Shown here one piece after another: positions 47,876 through 59,987 of a stretch of DNA of 64,000 bases. The stretch is from NCBI GenBank assembly GCA_963555985.3, contig OY820591.1, positions 2,144,001 through 2,208,000 on the forward strand. Reading direction: 5' to 3'. Both the position numbers and the translations under genes were made by a program. This DNA comes from Dehalococcoidia bacterium. GTDB lineage: Bacteria > Chloroflexota > Dehalococcoidia > Bin125. Each line of letters begins with the position of its first letter. The first letter of the stretch is position 1. Below the pieces are notes generated by a model. The model was not told the DNA's origin. It searched no databases and saw nothing but the letters and a program-made list of their open reading frames with translations.

Positions 47876-49573
47876 TTACGTCTGCGGGTCCGCTCTGAGC
47901 CGCTCGGTCGGCTCGCCAGCGGTCCACTCGGCGTGATTCTGGAGGTAGTACTCGTAGGCGTCGGCCAGAGCGAGCCAGGAGGCTTCGATCACGTCGCTGG
48001 AGGAGCCGACCGTGTTCCAGACGCGCTCGCCGTCGGTGGACTCGATCAGAGCGCGAACCTGGGCTTCGGTGCCGGCGTCGGTATCGATGATGCGGACTTT
48101 GTAATCGAGCAGTGAGACTGTGCTGAGCTCCGGGTAGGCCTCTTCGAGACCCTTGCGCGCAGCCTGATCGAGCGCGTTGACGGGGCCGTTGCCGTCAGCT
48201 GTGGTGTGGAACATCTCGTTGCCGACGCGAATCTTGGTCACAGCTTCGGCGAGCATCATCGAGTCCCCGCCGGCGCCCCAGCCGTTCTGTCCACTCTCAG
48301 CGTTGGCAGCGCTCAGAGTCGGTCGGCGGCGTTCGACGACGAGGAAGTCGTCGAGCTCGAAGGGCGCGGCGTAGCCCGGACGGGCGCGCATGGCGAGCAG
48401 CTCAAAGGAGGCTTCCGCCCCCTCGTACTGGAAGCCGCGGCTTTCCATGTGTTTGACCTGTTCGAGCAGTTTGGTCGTCTCGGCTGCGGTGAGCGGGAGG
48501 TCGTGTCCGCGCTCGGCGAGTTTGTAGGCGATGTTGCGCTTGCCGGAGAGCTCCGAGACCAGGACGCGCTGGTCGTTGCCGACCACCTGCGGATCGATGT
48601 GTTGGTAGGTGTTGGGGTCTTTAACGATGGCGGCGACGTGATAGCCGGCCTTATGCGCGAAGGCGGAAGCGCCGACGTAAGGCGATTGCCCGTTGAGAGG
48701 ACGGTTGGCGAGCTCCGCCACGAAGCGGCTGGCGGCGGTGATTTCGCGCAGTTGATCCTCGCGGACGACTTCAATGCCCATCTTGAGCTGGAGATTGGGC
48801 ACAATGCTGGAGAGATTGGCGTTGCCGCAGCGCTCGCCATAGCCGTTGAGGCAGCCCTGCACTTGCTCCACGCCGGCGGCGACGGCGGCGAGACTGTTGG
48901 CGACCGCGAGCTCGCAGTCGTTGTGGGTGTGGATGCCGAGCCGGGCCTCGGGGATCGCCTCGCGCACCGCGAGCACGGCGTCGGCGACCTCGTTGGTCAT
49001 CGCGCCGCCGTTGGTATCACAGAGGATCAGGTAGACGGCGCCGGCGCGATGGGCGGCGCGAAGCACGTTGAGGGTGTAATCGGGGTCTTCGCGGTAACCG
49101 TCGAAGAAGTGCTCGGCGTCGAAGTGGACTTCGCGTCCGAGCGAGGCCATGTAGCCGACCGACTCGCGCACCATCGCCAGGTTCTCTTCACGGGAGGTGT
49201 TGAGAACGCTCTGCACCTGGGAGGCGATCGCCTTGCCGACGAAAGTGACGACGGGGGTTTCGGCTTCCCGCAGGGCGACGATGTTGAAGTCGGTCTCGAC
49301 ATCGGATTCAGGCTTGCGGGTACCGCCGAAGGCGACGAGCTTGGCTTGCTGCAAGGGAGTGGTCTTCATCTGCTCGAAGAAGGCCTTGTCCTTCTCATTC
49401 GAGCCGGGGAATCCGCCCTCGACATAGTGGATGCCGAGCTGGTCGAGGCGGCGGGCGACGGCGATCTTGTCCTGCAAGGAGAAGGCGATGCCCTCCATCT
49501 GAGAACCGTCGCGGAGCAGAGTGTCGTAGAGCACCACGCTAGGCGCAGTGTCAGCTTGGGTTGGGTTGGTCAT
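47876..49573 (-). CDS. cimA: (R)-citramalate synthase
   Basis: YDTLLRDGSQ, YVEGGFPGSN, DAEHFFDG, HTHND, GYGERCGN, SELSGK, FQYEGAEASFEL, GNGPVNALD. Confidence 0.93.
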   Translation of the reverse strand: MTNPTQADTAPSVVLYDTLLRDGSQMEGIAFSLQDKIAVARRLDQLGIHYVEGGFPGSNEKDKAFFEQMKTTPLQQAKLVAFGGTRKPESDVETDFNIVALREAETPVVTFVGKAIASQVQSVLNTSREENLAMVRESVGYMASLGREVHFDAEHFFDGYREDPDYTLNVLRAAHRAGAVYLILCDTNGGAMTNEVADAVLAVREAIPEARLGIHTHNDCELAVANSLAAVAAGVEQVQGCLNGYGERCGNANLSSIVPNLQLKMGIEVVREDQLREITAASRFVAELANRPLNGQSPYVGASAFAHKAGYHVAAIVKDPNTYQHIDPQVVGNDQRVLVSELSGKRNIAYKLAERGHDLPLTAAETTKLLEQVKHMESRGFQYEGAEASFELLAMRARPGYAAPFELDDFLVVERRRPTLSAANAESGQNGWGAGGDSMMLAEAVTKIRVGNEMFHTTADGNGPVNALDQAARKGLEEAYPELSTVSLLDYKVRIIDTDAGTEAQVRALIESTDGERVWNTVGSSSDVIEASWLALADAYEYYLQNHAEWTAGEPTERLRADPQT

Positions 49574-49616
49574 GTCGGGGTCGTCCGTTGGTAGAGGAGA
49601 GGAGTGCTGGGAGCGT

Positions 49617-49703
49617 CTAGCAGCCAATCGCAACCGCCGCGCGATTGGACGCGGCGGCGTAGCGCTCCTTGATCCGTATGACGCTGGCGGTGGCGCCGGT
49701 CAT
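49617..49703 (-). promoter_or_regulatory. Putative leader peptide/attenuator upstream of cimA
   Basis: 28-aa uORF MTGATASVIRIKERYAAASNRAAVAIGC with overlapping alternative hairpins. Confidence 0.4.
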
Positions 49704-49751
49704 AGGACGACTCACTCTCCACAGAGAGCGTACACCCTCCGACGCTAGCGC

Positions 49752-50924
49752 CTAGTGCCGGAACAGCCGCCGCCCCGTCAGCGCCATCACCATCCCGTAA
49801 CCGTTCGCCGCCTCAATCACGTCCTGATCCGCGATCGAACCCCCCGGCTGCAACACATACTGCGCCGCACTCGCCTGCGCACGATCGATGTTGTCGCGGA
49901 AGGGCACGAAGGCATCATGGCTGAGCACGGTCGAGAATCGCCCGATCCATTCACGACGGCTCTCTGCCGAGAGCGGCCCCGGCCAAGGATCGAGCTGGGC
50001 TTGGAGGCGATCCTGTTCGGGCTGGGAGAGTTCGTGCCAGGCGATGTACTGCTCGCGCGCGGTGAAGCGATCGGGGCGGCGCAGGCCTTTGACGAATTGC
50101 AAGTTGAGCACATCGGGATGCTGCTGGAGCATCCAGCGGTCGGCTTTGGCGCAGGCGATGCGGGTGCAGTGGATGCGGGACTGCTGGCCCGCGCCAAGAC
50201 CAATCACTTGGCCGTCGGCGGCGAGACAGACGGAGTTGGATTGGGTGTACTTGAGCGCGATCGTGGCGATCTTGAGGTCGCGTCGCGCGTCGGCGCTGAA
50301 GTCAGTTCGTTCGGTGACTACGTTGCTGAAGATTGAGTCGTCGATCGGGGTGAGATCGGCGGGCTGCTCCAAGCGCACGCCGAAGAGATCGCGCGCTTCG
50401 CGGTCGGGGGCTGTGAAGAACGGATCCGCCTCGAGCACGAGGTAGCGCCCGCCCTTCTTCTTGGCGAGGATCGCCAGTGCCTCCTGGTCGTAGGCGGGCG
50501 CGATGATGCCGTCCGAGACTTCGCGGCGCAGCACCTGGGCCAGATAGACATCTACGCGGTCGGAGACGGCGGCGAAGTCTCCGTAGGCGGAGACGAGATC
50601 GCCGCCGCGCGCGCGCACGTAGGCGGCGGCGACGGGTGAGAGTTCGCGCTTCTCAACTTGGTAGGCGCGTGTCAAGGACTCGCTGAGCGGGAGTCCGATC
50701 GCCGCGCCAGCCGGGGAGACGTGTTTGAAGGAGGCTCCGGCGGGCAGATCGAAGGCGTCGCGCAGCTCGCTGACGAGTTGCCAGGCGCTGAGCGCGTCGA
50801 GCAGGTTGATGTAGCCGGGCTGACCGTTGAGTACGCGGAAGGGGAGACGCTCAGCGAGCGCCGCGGCAGAGGCGGGTGCCTGATGGGGGTTGAGTCCGTA
50901 GCGGAGCTCGACTGATTCACTCAT
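49752..50924 (-). CDS. purH: AICAR transformylase (PurH C-terminal part only, no IMP cyclohydrolase domain)
   Basis: Starts at LRYGLNPHQ; SFKHVSPAG, KYTQSNSV, GQQSRIHC, PFRDN, QPGGS, RLFRH. Confidence 0.92.
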   Translation of the reverse strand: MSESVELRYGLNPHQAPASAAALAERLPFRVLNGQPGYINLLDALSAWQLVSELRDAFDLPAGASFKHVSPAGAAIGLPLSESLTRAYQVEKRELSPVAAAYVRARGGDLVSAYGDFAAVSDRVDVYLAQVLRREVSDGIIAPAYDQEALAILAKKKGGRYLVLEADPFFTAPDREARDLFGVRLEQPADLTPIDDSIFSNVVTERTDFSADARRDLKIATIALKYTQSNSVCLAADGQVIGLGAGQQSRIHCTRIACAKADRWMLQQHPDVLNLQFVKGLRRPDRFTAREQYIAWHELSQPEQDRLQAQLDPWPGPLSAESRREWIGRFSTVLSHDAFVPFRDNIDRAQASAAQYVLQPGGSIADQDVIEAANGYGMVMALTGRRLFRH

Positions 50925-50942
50925 GTGGCAAGGAACCGGCGG

Positions 50943-51824
50943 CTATCCAACGAGATCCTCGAGCGCGGATTCGATTTCGAGGTGTTGGAAGCGGTAGCCG
51001 GAGTCGAGGGTGCGGGTAGGGATGATGCGCTGGCTGGCGAGCAGGACGGAGGCGCCTTCGCCGAGCATCAGCTTGAGCGCGATGGGGGGTACAGGGGCAA
51101 AGGCGGGACGCTTGAGCGCGCGTCCCAGCGCGCGCGAGAAGTCGGCATTGCGGACGGGATGGGGAGCGGTGACGTTGAGCACGCCTTCGACGCCGCTGCT
51201 CTGGAGCGCGTGCATGATCACGCCGACCGCATCTTCAATGTGGACCCAACTCCACCAGGCGCGGCCGAGACCGATCGGGCCGCCCAGACCAAGTTTGAAG
51301 GGCAGCAAGAGTCGTTCGAGCGCGCCTCCATCGGCGGAGAGGATGATCCCAAAGCGCAGGGTGGCGGTGCGGACGCCGGCATTGGAGGCGGCCTCTTCCC
51401 ATTCCTGGCAGAGGCGGGCGAGGAAGTCGTTGCCCGGCGGAGCGGCTTCCGAGCTTTCGCGCTCGACGCGTGAGCCGTAGTAGCCGATCGCGGAGGCGGA
51501 GACGAGCGCGCCCGGTTTTTCGCCGGATTCCTGGATTGCATTCACGACCTGGGCTGTGGACTCAATTCGGCTGTCGCGCAAGGCGGCCTTGCGGGAAGCG
51601 GACCAGCGCTGGTCGACGATGCCCTCACCGGCGAGATGGACGACGCCGGCGGCGCCGGCGACGGCGTCAGTGAGTCCGTCCCAGCCGATCCAGTTGACGC
51701 CGCCGACGGCGGCGTGGGCGCGGGGATTGCGTGAGACTGCGATCACGCTGGTACCGCGCCGGCGCAGCTCCTGTACGAGCGCGCCGCCGATCAGGCCGCT
51801 GGCTCCGGTGACTACCACATGCAT
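50943..51824 (-). CDS. TIGR01777 / YfcH-like NAD-dependent epimerase
   Basis: VTGASGLIG, HLAGE, SASAIGYYG, WVHIED, SQR..P. Confidence 0.92.
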   Translation of the reverse strand: MHVVVTGASGLIGGALVQELRRRGTSVIAVSRNPRAHAAVGGVNWIGWDGLTDAVAGAAGVVHLAGEGIVDQRWSASRKAALRDSRIESTAQVVNAIQESGEKPGALVSASAIGYYGSRVERESSEAAPPGNDFLARLCQEWEEAASNAGVRTATLRFGIILSADGGALERLLLPFKLGLGGPIGLGRAWWSWVHIEDAVGVIMHALQSSGVEGVLNVTAPHPVRNADFSRALGRALKRPAFAPVPPIALKLMLGEGASVLLASQRIIPTRTLDSGYRFQHLEIESALEDLVG

Positions 51825-51869
51825 CGTGAGCCTCCTCGCGTGCGTCTCTACGACGGTTGGGGTTGCGTG

Positions 51870-52400
51870 CTAGCCGCCCCGGTTCGGCATCACCGGGTCG
51901 AGGCCGTGCATTCCGCGTATGAGGTTGATTTCGCCTCGATGTCCGTTGAGGTGAGTGCAGAGGTGGAGCGTAATCGACTCGCCCAGGGTCTCGGTACGGT
52001 CGCCGAGTTGGATTTCGCGGCTGAGGTCGTCGTCGCTGAGGGAGTCGAGGAAGGCGTGGGTCGACTCGTTGACGGCGTCCTGGTAGGAGCAGAAGGCATC
52101 CATGTCGCCGATGGCGACTGTGGACGCCTCTTCGGTGCTCTGGCCGGTGCCGAAGCCGCGCTCGGGCAGGCCGGTCTTCTCGGCCCAACCACCTTCGCGC
52201 CAGATTTCCTGCTTGCCCTGCCACGCGCCCTGTACGAGCAGGTCTTCGACCCGGGCGGCGTGCCAGAGCACCCAAGCGACGGAGTGGCTTTCGCCGTCGG
52301 GGACGAAGTGAAGCTGTTCGGCGGTCTGTCCCGTGCGAGCGTCACGGAAGCCGCCGTGAATGAAGCTGAGCATGTCCTTGATGTAGCCAACAGCGCTCAT
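51870..52400 (-). CDS. DinB family protein
   Basis: SVAWVLWH..RVED, H.NGHRGEI. Confidence 0.85.
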   Translation of the reverse strand: MSAVGYIKDMLSFIHGGFRDARTGQTAEQLHFVPDGESHSVAWVLWHAARVEDLLVQGAWQGKQEIWREGGWAEKTGLPERGFGTGQSTEEASTVAIGDMDAFCSYQDAVNESTHAFLDSLSDDDLSREIQLGDRTETLGESITLHLCTHLNGHRGEINLIRGMHGLDPVMPNRGG

Positions 52401-52456
52401 CGGACTTCCTTTCGCCGATCGCGGGCGCTCTGAAGCCCGCAGCTGTTTCCAGTCGG

Positions 52457-53293
52457 TCAGCGTCCCGTCGAGCCGGCGCTGTCCGGGTCGTCGTCGCTGG
52501 CGGCGTCCGCGGGCGGGGCGAGTAGATCGACCAGCCGCCGCATGCGCCGGAGCGAGTTTCGGATCCTGTCGATGTCTGCCGGATCGAGGTTGAGCGTAAG
52601 CGCGTCAATGGAGGCCAAGGCAGCGTCCGTCTCGGTGAGTTCGGCACGCGCCGCATCGGCGTCAGCCGGCGATCCCTTCCAAACGAGCGGTCCATCCTCG
52701 TCGGGCAGCAACTCGCTCAGCCGTTCAAGCATTGTCTGCGCCTCGCGGATGCGCTGGAGCGCACGCAGACCGTCGATCGAAGCGCGCAGGAGATCGGAAT
52801 CGTCGGGCGCTTCGGCCTCGTCCTCGTCGGGCGATGCCAAGACCTCTTCGATCTCGCTCAAGACATTGGGGTCAAGCTGGGGCATCTCAGGCGCGGAAGG
52901 CTCCGCTTCGATTGGCGGCTCGAGGCCGAAAGCCTTGCCCAGTTCTTCGGCGATGCGGGGATCGAGGCCGCTCGCCTCGGTGAGGCGCTGGGCCAGTTCT
53001 CGGAGCTGATCCTCACCCACGCCCATTGAGGTGAGCGTCTCGCGGACGAGTCGTTGAACTTCGGCGTGATCCTGTCGGATCAGGGCGTCGGCCAGTTCGA
53101 GTTGGGTCTCGATGGCGCGGAATCCGAGCCGGCGTTGGGTATCGTCGCGCTGGAGTAGGGTGGACATCAAGCGCGTGAAGAGGGTCGTAGTGCGCGCGAT
53201 TCGCATCCGGTCGTCCGGATGCTCGGGAAAGTCGCCGGTGACGGAGACTTCAAAGCCGGTGCGCTTGTCGGTGGCCACGTATTGGTCGGGCAT
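52457..53293 (-). CDS. Hypothetical protein
   Basis: ATG 10 nt after the upstream stop; ordered N-terminus and acidic helical C-terminus. Confidence 0.65.
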   Translation of the reverse strand: MPDQYVATDKRTGFEVSVTGDFPEHPDDRMRIARTTTLFTRLMSTLLQRDDTQRRLGFRAIETQLELADALIRQDHAEVQRLVRETLTSMGVGEDQLRELAQRLTEASGLDPRIAEELGKAFGLEPPIEAEPSAPEMPQLDPNVLSEIEEVLASPDEDEAEAPDDSDLLRASIDGLRALQRIREAQTMLERLSELLPDEDGPLVWKGSPADADAARAELTETDAALASIDALTLNLDPADIDRIRNSLRRMRRLVDLLAPPADAASDDDPDSAGSTGR

Positions 53294-53303
53294 GAGCTGA
53301 ATC

Positions 53304-54263
53304 CTACCGCCGTGCGGCCGCTTGGGAGAGGAAGCCGCTGACGGCTTCGAGGAAACCGGGCGTGTTTTGGGAGTGCACGTTGTGGCCGCAGTCGGGCACT
53401 TCCACCAGGGCGGCGTTGGGCAGATCGTCGACGAAGCGTTCGGCCGCATCGGCTTCGAGGATGTTGGAGCGTTCACCCCGCACCAGCAGGGTGGGGCCGC
53501 TAAAGGCGTGAAAGCCGTCGGCCACGTCGCGGCGGTCAGCGGCTGGGCGGCGGAAGGAGGGATCGTGGAGGATACGATCCGACTTGCTGACGTATTTGCC
53601 GTCGGAGCGTTGGACGAGGTTGTAGCGCGCGGTTCGCTCCATGTGCTCGCGTGAGCGGAAGGGATCGTAGGCGGCGACACGATCGATGAACTCATCGAGG
53701 TGGTCGAACTCGACGTTGCGGACGACGAAGTTGCGGATCTGCTCAGCACCGCGCTGAGAGACTTCGGGGCCGACGTCGACGAGCACGACCGCCGCCGGCA
53801 GATCGGGGCGGCGAGCGGTGAGGCGCATCGTGACCATGCCGCCCATCGAGTGACCCATCACGATCGGGCGTTGGAGCCTCTCTTCGGCAATCAGGCTGAG
53901 CGCGTCGGAGGCCATCTGGTCGGGGCCGTAGTCGGCGTCGCGGGCCCACTCGCTGTCGCCGTGTCCGCGCTGGTCGAGGGCGAGGATGTGGAAGCGGTCG
54001 GCGAGCTGGAGCGAGACCAGATCCCAGGAATGCGCCGACTGATTGCCGCCGTGCAGGAGCAGCAAGGGCGTCATGCCCGGCTCGCCCCATTCGAGTAGGT
54101 GCAGGCGGAGGTGATTGATCACGACATTGCGCGAGACGTAGCGGATGCTGGGGGAATGCGAAATGCCGAGATCGGCGGCGCTCTCGCAGAGACTGGCGAA
54201 TTCGTCGGTGCTGGTGAGGTCAACCGCTTCGGCGGTTGGGGCGAAGGTGTTCAGATAGGTCAC
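53304..54263 (-). CDS. Alpha/beta hydrolase
   Basis: LLHGG, DQRGHGDS, GHSMGG, GHNVH. Confidence 0.92.
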   Translation of the reverse strand: MTYLNTFAPTAEAVDLTSTDEFASLCESAADLGISHSPSIRYVSRNVVINHLRLHLLEWGEPGMTPLLLLHGGNQSAHSWDLVSLQLADRFHILALDQRGHGDSEWARDADYGPDQMASDALSLIAEERLQRPIVMGHSMGGMVTMRLTARRPDLPAAVVLVDVGPEVSQRGAEQIRNFVVRNVEFDHLDEFIDRVAAYDPFRSREHMERTARYNLVQRSDGKYVSKSDRILHDPSFRRPAADRRDVADGFHAFSGPTLLVRGERSNILEADAAERFVDDLPNAALVEVPDCGHNVHSQNTPGFLEAVSGFLSQAAARR

Positions 54264-54418
54264 GGCGCTCCCCGGCAAGCTGACCCAGATTCGGCGCGAG
54301 ATCTGCAGCCGCGCTCAGTGTAGCCCGCCCCTCCGCTGCGTCTCCGCAGTGTCGCCGGCGGTTGCAGTCTGTACCCTCTACCCGTTCTCGCATGATCCAG
54401 AGCAGGAAGGACTGAGCG

Positions 54419-55297
54419 ATGGCCTTCGCACACCCCGAGTATCTCGTCTCCACGGACTGGCTGGCGGAGCATCTCAACGATCCCGATGTTCGCGTGTTTG
54501 AATCGACCGTGTTTCTGCGCCCGCGCGACGGGGGCGGCTACCGCGTCGAATCGGGGCGGGCAGAGTATGAGTCGGGGCATATCCCCAATGCGGGATTCCT
54601 CGATCTGCAAGCGGACTTCTCCGACAACGAGCAGCGGCTGCGCTTCATGATGCTGGGGCCCGAGACATTCGCCGAAGCCGCCGGCAGGCACGGCATCTCC
54701 GAATCGTCACGGCTCGTGCTGTACGACCGCCTGGGCAGTATGTGGGCGGCGCGTCTGTGGTGGATGTTCCGCGCGATGGGATGTGAGCAGGCGGCGGTGC
54801 TCGACGGCGGCTGGCGCAAATGGTCGGCAGAGGGTCGCGCGGTGTCAACCGAGGCCGTGAGCTATGCGCCCGCCCGCTTCAGCCCGAACTGGGACCAGCG
54901 CCGTTTCGCAGACCTGGACGAAGTGCGCTCCTTCGTTGAGGGCGGAGGCGACGGTTCGTGTCTGATCAACGCGCTGGGGCGCGATCAGCACAGCGGCGCG
55001 GACGGCGGGCGCACCTATGGCCGCGCCGGACATATCCCGGGTTCGACCAATGTGCCGGCGATGGAGCTGCTCGATCCTGAGACAGGCGCGTACCTACCGG
55101 CGGAGACGCTCGCGGCGCAGTTCGCTGAGGCCGGCGCCGATCCCGCGCAGCGCGTAGTGACGTACTGCGGCGGTGGGATTGCGGCCTCGAACGACGCTTT
55201 CGTCCTGAGTTTGCTCGGCTACGACAATGTGGCGGTGTACGACGCCTCGATGTCGGAATATGCGGCCGATCCGTCGTTGCCGTTGGAGGTGGACTGA
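54419..55297 (+). CDS. Sulfurtransferase (tandem rhodanese, SseA-like)
   Basis: LVSTDWL, GHIPNA, AARLWW, LDGG, GHIPG, YCGGG. Confidence 0.93.
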   Translation: MAFAHPEYLVSTDWLAEHLNDPDVRVFESTVFLRPRDGGGYRVESGRAEYESGHIPNAGFLDLQADFSDNEQRLRFMMLGPETFAEAAGRHGISESSRLVLYDRLGSMWAARLWWMFRAMGCEQAAVLDGGWRKWSAEGRAVSTEAVSYAPARFSPNWDQRRFADLDEVRSFVEGGGDGSCLINALGRDQHSGADGGRTYGRAGHIPGSTNVPAMELLDPETGAYLPAETLAAQFAEAGADPAQRVVTYCGGGIAASNDAFVLSLLGYDNVAVYDASMSEYAADPSLPLEVD

Positions 55298-55311
55298 GCG
55301 GTCCCACGCCG

Positions 55312-55432
55312 CCGTCATGCCCGCGCTTGCCGCGGAGCCTGTCCCCGCGAAGGCGGAGACCACTCGCCGTGTTCTACACCGTCGTCGCCAATACATCGAG
55401 ATTGCCGCGACGGAGCGCGGCAATGACGGAGT
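55312..55432. repeat. REP doublet between convergent genes
   Basis: GTCATGCCCGCGCTTGCCGCGG..GATTGCCGCGACGGAGCGCGGCAATGAC. Confidence 0.8.
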
Positions 55433-55438
55433 GAAATC

Positions 55439-57766
<2,328 letters not shown>

Positions 57767-58513
57767 CTAGTCTGCCTCGACCGCTTTCCGCGCCTCTTCG
57801 CAGCGCTGGATGAACGCGACCGTCTCGGCAGCGAAGCGCTCCGGTTCACTGCTGAGCGGGTTGTGACCGCTCTCCTCGAACGTGCGCAGATCCGCGTTGG
57901 GAATCTCACGAGCCATGAACTCCGCGGCGGCGTGAGGCGCGATCGGGTCATGGCGACCATGGAAGATCGCGACGGGAATATCGATGTCCTTGAGCGTTGA
58001 CTCCAGGTCGCACGTCGCGCGCGACTGCTGAGAGCCGCGCCAACAGGCGCGAGTGACGGCGCGGAACGTCTCACCCCAGACCTCGCGTCCGGGAGCATCG
58101 TGATCGGGATCGGTCAGAGGTTGTCCACCGAAGTTCGGGGACGGAGGTCCGCCTACGAGCACGGCCTGCGATACGCGCGCCGATCCGTGCCGGTGCAGAT
58201 AAGCAAGTACGGTGCGCACGCCCAGCGACCAGCCCATGATCGTGACGTCGCGCAGATCGTGCGCGCTGATAAACGCGGCCTGGTCGTCCGCGAATTGCTC
58301 AATGCTGTAGAGCGCATCGTCCGGTGACTCCGACGGCGGGCGTCCGCGATGATTGAGGGCGACACAGTGGAAGCGGTCGCTCAGATCGTCGATCAAGTTC
58401 GCGTAGAGCGACGCATTGCCCTGCGTGCCGTGGACGAAGACGATCGTCGGCGCTTCGGAATTGCTCTGCTCGTGATAGAAGAGACGCAGTCCATTGACCT
58501 GTTCAAAGGGCAT
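57767..58513 (-). CDS. Alpha/beta hydrolase
   Basis: VFVHG, GWSLG, FHGRHD, SGH. Confidence 0.88.
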   Translation of the reverse strand: MPFEQVNGLRLFYHEQSNSEAPTIVFVHGTQGNASLYANLIDDLSDRFHCVALNHRGRPPSESPDDALYSIEQFADDQAAFISAHDLRDVTIMGWSLGVRTVLAYLHRHGSARVSQAVLVGGPPSPNFGGQPLTDPDHDAPGREVWGETFRAVTRACWRGSQQSRATCDLESTLKDIDIPVAIFHGRHDPIAPHAAAEFMAREIPNADLRTFEESGHNPLSSEPERFAAETVAFIQRCEEARKAVEAD

Positions 58514-58582
58514 CGGTTTACTCTCGTTCGCTAGCCTGCGCGCGGTTTGAGGCTGCGCGCATCATTCCGTTTGGGGGATGGT

Positions 58583-59653
58583 ATGACCTTGATCACCGAG
58601 CTTGATACGCCCGCCCTGCTGGTCGATCTCGATGCGCTCGAACACAACGCCTCGCTGATGGCGCAGCGCTGCGCCGAGGCGGGCATTGCCTGGCGGCCTC
58701 ACGTCAAAGCGTGCAAGGCTCCGGCGATGGCGCTGCGGCTGATCGCATCAGGCGCGGTCGGGGTGACCTGCGCCAAGGCGTCCGAAGCGATGGCGATGGC
58801 CCAGGGCGGCGTCGGCGACATCCTGATCGCGAATGAGGTCGTGGGCACGCAGAAGGTCGGCCGATTGATTGAGGTGGCCAAGCTCGCCACTGTCGCCGTC
58901 GCCGTCGATGACGCCGACAACCTGCGCGAGATCGCAGCTGCTGCCGATGCGGCCGGAGTCGCTGTCGATGTGCTCGTCGATATCGATGTCAATTTGCATC
59001 GCTGCGGCGTCGAACCAGCGGCCGCTCCGAGCCTCTGCGCGCTGACCGAGGATCTGCCCGGCGTGCGCTTGTGTGGCCTCATGGGCTACGAAGGTCACGT
59101 GATGGGTCTCCCGCCGGATGAGAAACAGCGAGAGACGGCGATCTCAGCCGCGATTCTCAGCGAAGCCCGCGATCTCTGCGAGGCCAACGGACATGAACTC
59201 GGCGTCCTCTCGGGCGGGGGCAGCGGGAACTATCGCTACGTATTGGAGCAGCGAACCCTGACCGAACTGCAAGCCGGGGGCGCAGCGCTGATGGACGTGA
59301 CCTACGAGCAGATGGGCGTGGCGGGTCACCATCGCGCGCTCAGCCTGGTCTGCCAGGTGGTCAGCGCGACCAGCGCGGGACGCGCGGCGGGAGACGCCGG
59401 CTGGAAGGCCACCGGCCGTCACACGGGTCTCCCGCTCGCAGTCGAACCGCCCGGAGTCTCCTGCGTCGGCCTCAGCGCGGAGCACACCCATCTCACCGTC
59501 GAAGAAGGACAAGAACTGCACGTGGGCGACCGCGTTCGGATGATTCCGCACTACTCGGACAGCACTGTCCTCCTCCATCGCCAGCTCTACGCCGTGCGCG
59601 GCGAGGAGGTAGAAGAGGTCTGGGAGATCACGGGGGCGGGAGCGCTGCACTGA
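58583..59653 (+). CDS. DSD1/D-threonine aldolase family PLP-dependent enzyme
   Basis: LDTPALLVD, RPHVKACK, RCGV, MGYEGH, ELQAG, SAEH. Confidence 0.9.
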   Translation: MTLITELDTPALLVDLDALEHNASLMAQRCAEAGIAWRPHVKACKAPAMALRLIASGAVGVTCAKASEAMAMAQGGVGDILIANEVVGTQKVGRLIEVAKLATVAVAVDDADNLREIAAAADAAGVAVDVLVDIDVNLHRCGVEPAAAPSLCALTEDLPGVRLCGLMGYEGHVMGLPPDEKQRETAISAAILSEARDLCEANGHELGVLSGGGSGNYRYVLEQRTLTELQAGGAALMDVTYEQMGVAGHHRALSLVCQVVSATSAGRAAGDAGWKATGRHTGLPLAVEPPGVSCVGLSAEHTHLTVEEGQELHVGDRVRMIPHYSDSTVLLHRQLYAVRGEEVEEVWEITGAGALH

Positions 59654-59706
59654 GAGCGGCGTGACGACTAACCGGCTAGCGCCGAATTCGAGGATTGGCT
59701 CGGTAG

Positions 59707-59913
59707 TCATCGAAGCTCGAACGAGCCGCGATCTAGCGCCGACTCATCCATGTATGACCGGAGAGCAGCTCGCAGTTCCGAGTCCTTGTCCACCGCCCGG
59801 CGCAAGTCGGCGGTCACGTCCAGTAGAAATTCGAGGTTCGAGGCGAAGCCGTCGTCGATCGGTTCGCGCTCTGATCCTTCCGGCGCATGAGGGTCAGTTC
59901 GTTTGCTCGTCAT
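59707..59913 (-). CDS. Small hypothetical protein
   Basis: SD-like GGGAAG, 68 aa, helical, intergenic. Confidence 0.45.
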   Translation of the reverse strand: MTSKRTDPHAPEGSEREPIDDGFASNLEFLLDVTADLRRAVDKDSELRAALRSYMDESALDRGSFELR

Positions 59914-59987
59914 GACTCTTCCCCCCCACGCTCCGGTGGTAGCTGGTTGGGGTAGGATTTGGACGTTGAGCGGGAGAGGATCGCGCG

